DNA of 64,000 nucleotides. Source: Ruditapes philippinarum (lineage: Eukaryota). The stretch spans positions 186,001-250,000 of the forward strand of contig NW_026858371.1 of assembly GCF_026571515.1 (NCBI RefSeq), given 5' to 3'. Each line of letters starts with the position of its first letter. Within the stretch, counting starts at the first letter, position 1. The position numbers and the translations under genes are program-made. Below, piece after piece: positions 55,752 through 64,000 of the stretch. The notes below the pieces were generated by a model. That model searched no databases and was not told the origin of the DNA. It saw only the letters and a list, made by a program, of their open reading frames with translations.

Positions 55752-56744
55752 ATGATTATAACGTAACAGTATCCTGTTTAAAAAGAATGCATTTTACATA
55801 AAAATACAGCTTAAAATAACCTTTTATAATTTAAATGAAAAAAAAACTGAACAGTACTATTATAAGTTTCCGTTGCCTTACATATACATATGCAGAACAA
55901 ATATGAACTGCTTGAAAATGAGTTGTTTCATCAGCTTTTCTAAGAATATCGAAGTGTATATCCGTATCTTCAAGGTGTTTTGTGCGCGCCTTGCTTATTG
56001 CAATAATAAGCCGTAAGACATTTCAATGCCGTCTGATGATGAAAACGAATTAGAGTTAATTCAAAGCACAGTCAAGTAATCTCACCATGATTACAGCAAA
56101 TATGTATATAGAACATTCAATTTTTCACAACCAGATTCCTATCTCTATTTAACAAAGTTTCAACCATTTTTCTTTTTTATTCCTAATACAAATTATAATT
56201 ATGAATTCGTAAACGCTAGAAAAAATCACTTTTTTTTCTCACAACGCAAAAGCAATTCATTTGGCACTGAATGTTCGATTAATACTGTCGTCTACCGGAA
56301 GACATTTGCGGAACTTCTGCTGACCAACTTCGCCCATTAAGCAATCATTAGAAAATTTTAAAGAACCTTTCTGTGGTTAAATGTGATAATTGAATCATAT
56401 TCATAAAAAATGTTAGTTCATAGCCACGTAACCATATTGAACATATCGGAGCACCATTATAGCCATTTTACACCAGTGCGCATCCACTCACTATTATGCC
56501 AAAATAAACAGAGGAAATTATGACTGTATTACCATTTATGTATTGTTTTTAGCAAAAAAAATCAAGATTGAAATAAGTCACTTACAAAAGAAGGTACTGA
56601 AGAAATTATTACATTTAATACACTAAATATGTTTTATGACAAAACAAGAACACAATGCCATGACGGTGAACATATAGACTTTATTGTTACTTAATTATCT
56701 TACTTTTAGAATACATTAAATCATTTTTAATAGAAATAGTACAA

Positions 56745-57600
56745 TAGAATCTATCATTGGGTTTGATAGAGGATAAGAAAATCCCAACCCGAGGGTGATC
56801 GGTTCTATCGGGAACGAGCCTTGGCAAGAGACTTTATATAAATATCAGTGAAACTACTTGCTACGCGCATTACAACGTACCTAGTTTTGAAAAGCGGGGC
56901 GGGGCTTAGGCGCCTTACTTTCTATGCATTATGTACGTCCGTTAAAAATTCTTTATGTGAAAAGTTAAATTCATATGAGATCCCTCATAAAAAAGCAAAG
57001 TTATCTTGATAAAAAACATCAATATTAAAGTCGGAAAGTGTTATAATATAAGTGTTTATAAGGAATTCAGTCCATTCTTTAATGGTTGACAAAAAAGCGT
57101 TTACCGTTTGCAAAGACTTTTCTACTTCTTAGGTTATTTTGGTCGAATATTCAATTAAAATATATCAAAATGATATTCGTCATCAAGAAGCATCGTTATC
57201 ATAACAGAAAACATTAATACATATTTTTCAGGCAAAGTGTCATAATATGGATTTTACGAAGAATTTTGCGATATTTTCAAGTGTGCTATTTTTAGTAACA
57301 TACCGATATTGAAAAGGGCTTGCCTAGGTAGAGTAGGTCTCATTGCTGTGTGAATGTTAATATCAATCTATTTTGATTCCGTGGACAATTTAATAGATTA
57401 GCTGACATATTTTTAATAGATTTTGACCTTTTGACGTTTCATTTTTGTTAAAATAGGAGTGAATCGCGTATGTGTAGGAATACGTTTTAAGCAGTGCTGC
57501 ACGTTGTGTGTGAGATAATCCCATGTGACATAAGATTTTCCAACACCGCTTTTTTTAGTAACATTTTTTTTCTATCTGGTAAGTGAGAATCTTATTTTAG
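56745..57600. mobile_element. Unclassified non-autonomous insertion
   Basis: Interrupts sequence that is continuous at ~50615-50640 and ~58410; GC-richer ends (atcccaacccgaggg...). Confidence 0.5.
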
Positions 57601-59299
57601 TATGTTCAACAAAGCTTATAACGAGTTTTATTTCGATATTTGTAGAGAATGGCTATCCTCCGTTTATCAGATTAACATGATTGCTCTTATATCATATATA
57701 TCATAGATTTAAAGAAAAAAAACATCGTTACAATATGAACCCGGCAAAAATGAACCAATGAACGAGCTTAATAGACATTTCTGTCGATTTCACTTCATGC
57801 CGTACAATATGTAAACCCCGCAAAGAGCCATCAATGGCGCTGAGTGCGGGTACTATACCCGCACTCCATTAACGCACTGTCATGTTATGTAACGATTAAC
57901 CCTGCACATTTTCATCAAAAGTTCCAACTATGAAATTTGTTATCGTTCATACATTATATGCTTTATATATCGAGATATTTATTTCGATATATTTTATAAG
58001 AATGGCTATCACATCCGTTTATAATTATAACATGCAGATCAATGTATATTATATAATAAAAGATTTAAAAAGAAAAAAGGAACTAATGAGCTAAAAAAAA
58101 CCTGTATTTGCCTTATCTCATGAATCAAATATCACATACTTATCTAATTTAAACGTGCAATTTTAGAAGATAATTGAATATAAGAATAAAGATACATTTT
58201 TTATTAAGACTGACACGTTTAGAAGAGAAACATCTGACATGATAACAAATCTGAAAATAGATCAGTTAGAAATACCGAAGAAAATATTACATTTAATTCA
58301 CTAAATTTATGTTATGATAGAATAAGAACACAATGCCATGACAGTCATAATACATATTTTATTGTTGCTTTATTATCTTAATTCTAGAACACTTTAAATT
58401 TGTATTTAAATAAAGTAAATATTTTATTTCTTAAATCGTTAATACATTACATGCTTTATATATCGAGATATTTATTTCAACATATTTTATAATAATGACT
58501 TTCACATCCGGATAAAATATACCTTTTAAACGTATGAGTTTATAAGATATATTCTTTTCAGATTAAAATTGAAGCGCTGTAAATTGTGTGACAATACTAC
58601 TTTTCTTGCAAATGAAAATTGTAGATAATATACTTTAGGCATTTTTGTAAATGGTTCCGAACCAAAGATTTGATTAATGAACTACAAAACCTTATATTTA
58701 CTGTTCCTCATAAAACAAATATTACATAACTATCTAATAAAACACCAGCGTGAAGATAATTGAATACAAGAATGATGATGCATTCATTTATCAAGTCAGA
58801 AACGTTTGTAAGGATCTGCTTAATGGTCTACAAAGTGATTTAAACTGTTAATATTTCACATCTAAAGGAGTCCTCGTTAAAGATAGCATTGATATAGGAT
58901 TCTTACATATAATCATTTTAATCTTATGATAATCATAATGGTTAAATGTTGCTTCTATATTGATTCTGAATCATATATAATAATATAGACATTGTTTCTT
59001 TTATTGATCATTTTTTCAGTGATAATCTATATAAAACATATTATCTACTCACATTCTTACATAAGCAAATATGATTACATTCAAAACTAATAGTTACCGT
59101 CGAAAGACAAGGACCATTTGCCGAACCAGACTACTTTCCTGATGTAAAATAAACAGAAAGGCCGTAGTGTTTGAAATTGAATAGCAATATTTAGGTGTAT
59201 TCAGTATAATTGAAGCACATAATGGGATCTTATAATAGCATAATAAGATATTATTATTATCATTATTAGACCTGTTAAGCCATATAACTACTTTTAGCC

Positions 59300-60760
59300 A
59301 TGCCTAGATAGTTTATCCTTTAAGTTTCCAAAAGGGGAAAGAGTCTTAATTATGACACTCCCGTAATAGAGAATGCATTTAAAGCGGTTCGAGTTGATTA
59401 TATGAGTGTTCGCTTAGCGGCTAATAATTTCTCCGTGCCGAAATCTACTCTTGGCCATAGAATGAGCTAAACATATGCTATAAATGTCCAGTATGGACGT
59501 CTCCCTGCACTGCACGTTGAGGGAATTAAGTGAGACTGAGTCGTAAGCAAACTATGAGACGCACCTATGCACTTTGTAAACGTATGAAGTTTTCTTCTGA
59601 GTATACTAGTGTCAAGGCTGGAAATGATTGGTTTGACGGTTTAAAGCATCGGTTTCCAGATATTTTACTACGAAAGCCTGACAAACTGTCATCATGTAGG
59701 ACAAGGATGATAAATACAGATGTTATTTTGTTATTTTGAAGATTTCAGAAACGTAATTGTTCAGTCAGGTCTTGAATCCAACCCATATTTATATATGGAA
59801 TTATGAAGAAATGGTATTTAATTTTGAACATTCTCCAGTAAATGTAGCGGTTAAAAAGAGGGATCGATGCGATGTTTTCGCAGAATCTCAAAATCAACTA
59901 ATGTGAGTGTGATGGCATGTATTAGTGGTTCTGGAGAAGAAGGCCTTCTATGATTATAACGAAAGGGAAAGCTAACAAATCTCTTCAATGGGTGTAATGT
60001 AAAAGAGATTTCTTTGAATTCCGTCTGGTCATTCCAAAAAAAATGGACGGATTGATGATTAAAATGTTTCGTGGACGAATTTCTCAAACACTGTGGATCA
60101 AAGCGGCCGCAACTACTTATGCTAGATGGGCTCAGTTCTCAAGAGAGTTTAGCAATTATAGAATGTGCTATTGGTGAAAATAAAACCATGCTTTTACTGC
60201 CACCCATTTGTACACATGCGATACACAAGTAGATCGTACAGTGTTTTGGCCTCTTTTACCTGCCTACAATCAACAATGCTCAGACTTCTTGGTAGAGCAT
60301 CCCCTTCTTGTTGTAAATAAATAGGACATTTCCAATATTCTTTAGAAATGCTTGGCTTGGGAGAGCGTTAAGTCTGTAAATATATCACTAATGGATTCCG
60401 TACATGTGGAACCTCAATGCTATTACACCATTCCATTCTTCTGGATATAAGCGATCATCAACAATTGCTCGAGCTGATTTCTAGTGGAGACTTTCTAGTA
60501 GAAAACACTATATTCCCGAAGATTTCTTCCAGGCAATCAACAATACTGCCGAAGCCTCTAGCTGAACCACAGTCAATCACTGAAACGACTTCTATGTTTT
60601 CTGAAAATCATGCGCCAGACACAATTTTAAGAGAGGAAAATCCACAACAAGTCACAAAATCTTAACATCCCAGGCAATTTTAGAACAAAACACAGAGAAA
60701 GAAATTATAAGATTGAAAAAGAAACAGAAACTTAACGTGCAAGAAGAAAGAAAATGTTTA
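59300..60760 (+). mobile_element. Decayed pogo/Tigger-like (Tc1/mariner superfamily) transposase
   Basis: Fragments across frames: HTH_psq-like AFKAVRVDYMSVRLAANNFSVPKSTL, CENP-B-HTH-like AGNDWFDGLKHRFPDILLRKPDKLS, and DDE_1-like NVSVMACISGSGE and RPQLLMLDG..S..LLLPP.CTH. Many stops and frameshifts. Confidence 0.85.
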
Positions 60761-61264
60761 TTTGCACATTTGTGTTCCTGTTATAAATGTTACACTGCTT
60801 GATGTTTAAACATAGCTCTTTCAAAAGCTAATCGATTTCAATGATAATTCTGATACGTTACAAGTGTATCATTGAATCTTTTCAACAAATAGATAAGCTA
60901 AAGCAGTATTAAATAGTATATATATACATGAACTGGTAATTAATAGGCTAGCACACGTTTATATAGATCGAAAGAAATATTAAAAAAAGAAAATGTCCGT
61001 AATTTCCAACTGACATGTCCGAATTTTACGAAAATAAAAAAAAATGAAAAATTGCTGGAAATGAAGATTGTTACCCCATCTTGCATGTTTTGTTAGTACG
61101 CAAAATAACACAATTTACATTCTGACCTTGAGAATTGACTTTCAATACAATATTTTCTTTTACTAATAAAGATTGATATAATTATTATACATGTTTGCTT
61201 CATTTTTGAAATGAAGTAACATTATCTGAGAACTAATCTTTGCTTTCAAATATTTTAAATCTAC

Positions 61265-61540
61265 ATATTTGATACATAGTTTTCGCCATAAACTCATAAA
61301 GTAAAAGTGTAACCGAAGTAATACTGATAAAAAAGACTAAAGGGACCACCGCGCGTGCAGTATTTGTTATTTCTGTTCCCTTGTTATCCGACAAATAATC
61401 TTTATTTTCAGTTAAACATGATATAAGTGGCAGGAAAACTCATCCCAAGTTTAGATTTCATAAGATAACATTTCAATGTTATCAAATTTATCTTCTCTGT
61501 TGACGTCACCGTAACTGTTCTTGTATATAATCACTAATAT
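61265..61540 (-). pseudogene. Exon-1 paralogue G (closest to intact copy A)
   Basis: ATG changed to ATA; ILVIIYKNSYGDVNREDKFDNIEMLSYEI*TWDEF/LPLISCLTENKDYLSDNKGTEITNTARAVVPLVFFISITSVTLLLYEFMAKTMYQI, then |GTAGAT. Confidence 0.85.
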
Positions 61541-61866
61541 ATCCCAATCTACAAAATTGTCTAACATATACTGTTATATGATCAATGAATTAACTGACTT
61601 AATATTTATCTAAAGTAATTGATTAGTAATTCAAGGTTAGAACCAACCGTGTTCCATTATGTTATATATGCATCGGTAATAACATTGCATAGTTATAATC
61701 ATAATATGCATTCACATTTTTTAAAAGAAAAAACATAACTTAAATATGCATAAAAATTGCTTTTCAATGCATGCTTACTGATGCAATAAAACGTTGTAAT
61801 GATTTTCTCGGCTCTTCTCGTCCAGAAGCAACAATGACAAATCAGACTATTTAGCTACATAATTTT

Positions 61867-62840
61867 TAGCTCGACTTTTCTATGAAAAGGGGAGCTATCC
61901 TACTCGCCCCGGCGTCGGCGTTGGCGTCACACCTTGGTTAAGTTTTTCGTACCACCCCACTTTATTTCAGAAGTATTACAAGTATGGCTTTGAAACTTAC
62001 CATACTTGTTCACCATCATAACCTCCATCTACAGACAAGAGTACATAACTCTGTCAAGGTTTTTGACAGAATTATGGCCCTTTTTTGACTTAGAAAGTGT
62101 ATTGAGCTTGGTTAAGTTTTTTGTACCACCTCACTTTATTTCAAAACCATTGAGGTATTGCTTTGAAACTGACCATACTTGTTTACCATCACGACCTTCA
62201 TCAACAGACAAGAGGACATAACTCTGTCAAGGTTTTTGACAGAATTATGCCCCTTTTTGACTTAGAAAATACATTGAATATGGGTAAAATCCACTTATTG
62301 CCTTAACCCTTTGAGATATTGCTTTGAAACTTTTAATGCTATTTCACATCATTACCCCCATCTGTACGCAAGAGAAGGTAACTCTGTCAAGGATTTGTTT
62401 TAAAAATTAAGGCCTTTTATCGACTTAGAATCTTGGTTAAGTTTTTAGTACCAGTCCACTTTTTGACTGAACTGTTTGAGATATTAATTTGAAAGTTGGA
62501 ATACTTGTTTACAATCATGATTCCCAAACATGTCCAGGAGAAGGTAATTCTGTCAAAGATTTTATTTGAATTATGGCCCTTAACTGTCAATGTTTTGTAT
62601 TATAGGCAAGCACTAAAAAACTTAAAAAATCTAAAAAAATTCATTCCTATCCACTGAACCTGCAGTGTTCAAGGGTATCACACAATTCAGTAAAATAATT
62701 CTTCACTAAATATCTTAATGCTCATGGCCATTGTTCACTTTAAAAATACAGAGATTCTTGTATTGCCTTTTACTGCAAAAACTTTTTTTATTGGCAAGCA
62801 ATAAAAAAGTCGAGCGCGCTGTCTTACGGACAGCTCTTGT
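61867..62840 (+). mobile_element. Second HINE with ~4 diverged 150-175-bp monomers
   Basis: subTIR gctcgactttt / aaaagtcgagc, (cggcgt)n, 3' hairpin gctgtc-ttacg-gacagc, end tcttgt|ttt. Monomers are related to the 164-bp satellite. Confidence 0.9.
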
Positions 62841-63527
62841 TTTTGTTTGTTTGGATTTTTACGGCACGTCAACACACAACTGGCCATATCGTGCCGAATG
62901 CTATTAAAGGCTTAAAATGTTATGTAAAACTTTGTTAATGACAATAGAAATGAACCAATTAGATCCTAGAATACAAGTTTATCTCTTTCAAATAATCAAT
63001 TATGTTTTTTGATGGAATTGTATTAAAAAGTTCTTTGAGTGAATTTGCAGAATAAAAACTATTACGGGCCTGTGAAAAATTATGACATTCAAGAAGAAAA
63101 TGCTTGACAGTAACATTTTCATTACAACCTACACAGAAAGGGGCATTGTCATTTGTAAGGAGATAAGAGTGGGTAATTTTAGTGTGTCCAATTCGGCATC
63201 GAAGAAGAACTGTTTGATCACGGCGGTTTGACAGAGATAGAGATGGTGACACATCAAGAGATGGGTTTATATCGTGAAGTTTATTAAAAACGGCAGTGTC
63301 CCAATTTGCTTTCCATTCTGATGATACGAGTTTACTTATATACAGCCGGTCTAAAATCACAAGCAGGTAACAATAAGTCAGTTTTTTGAAAATTTAATGA
63401 TTGTTTAGCTAAAGCATCTACTTTTTCATTTCCTCGTATTCCTACATGACTTGGTATCCAATATAATTTAACATATTTTGTTTTTAGTATATCATGAAAT
63501 CGTAAAAGAAGTTTCTTTATAATTGTT
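62841..63527 (-). mobile_element. 5'-truncated I-group (Nimb/I-like) LINE: RNase H C-terminus, zinc finger, 3' UTR
   Basis: WIPSHVGIRGNEKVDALAK (RNase H), RCRIGHTKITHSYLL and CVGC-x7-HFLLEC. One frameshift at ~63340; stop at 62959; (AAAC)-like tail. Confidence 0.9.
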
Positions 63528-63688
63528 TTCATGCGATTTTCATGATGTTCTGTGCGCACGTACTTTTTTCCCGATAAACCTTGAAACACTTCAACGTGTC
63601 TGGATCATAAAGCGCAGTCAAATTATCTCACTGTGATAGCAGGAATATGGTTTGTACAATATCCGACTTTATATACTGTCTGCCTATC

Positions 63689-63720
63689 TGTGCGTGTGTG
63701 TGTGGGGGGGGGTGGAGGGG
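63689..63720. repeat. (TG)n plus G-run
   Basis: tgtgcgtgtgtgtgtggggggggg. Confidence 0.7.
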
Positions 63721-64000
63721 CATATATATAAATTGCTTTTATTTGTTATAGATGTACACCATGCACTTTGATCAAACTTATATCAAAAACACAGGGTATA
63801 CTTCTTTCGGAGTTTCATACTTCTCAACAGCAGGTGTCATCAAGGCTGTTAAAAATTGCCTCTGCTTTATGATAGGTAAAATATCTATCTAACTGATTAG
63901 ACTTTAAAATCAGAGTCATGTCTTTCTCGTTTCTAAAATCTAACTTATTAACAATATTAATTGCTTACAGTCGTTTTAAAGCTACAATGGGCACATTTTC

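Larger units (their letters stand above)
36780..59150. repeat. Tandem array of five 3.5-4.3-kb units (B-F) plus an exon-less partial unit
   Basis: Marker 'tcgaatcattt..atgcagtaatctcgt' at ~36790, 40057, 43875, 46801 and 51920, each followed by an exon-1 paralogue. Confidence 0.9.

Noticed and set aside
63528-63589. N-terminal part of ORF 63332-63589 as LINE sequence
   Set aside because: It matches the host block upstream of the exon copies; the LINE is truncated at ~63527.

Overview
This is AT-rich, intron-containing eukaryotic genomic DNA. The repeats (Meta/V-type tRNA-SINEs, Helentron-associated elements carrying ~160-bp satellite, palindromic MITEs) suggest a bivalve mollusc; that is an inference. 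One intact gene can be reconstructed on the minus strand: exon 1 at 31245-30966 splices in phase 1 to exon 2 at 27901-27807, giving a 124-aa single-pass membrane protein that the ORF track misses. Six further paralogues of exon 1 only lie upstream (start positions ~37772, 41297, 45058, 49333, 53151, 61540). Five sit in a ~22-kb tandem array of 3.5-4.3-kb units with nested sub-repeats. All six carry disabling lesions and none has its own recognisable exon 2. The left part is a ~6.4-kb segmental duplication (1-6405 vs ~10810-17150). The rest is TE debris: SINEs, two satellite-bearing HINEs, a TA-flanked MITE, a decayed pogo-like transposase and a 5'-truncated RNase H-containing LINE. I found no prokaryotic system, CRISPR array or true RNA gene. 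All alignments were made by eye.
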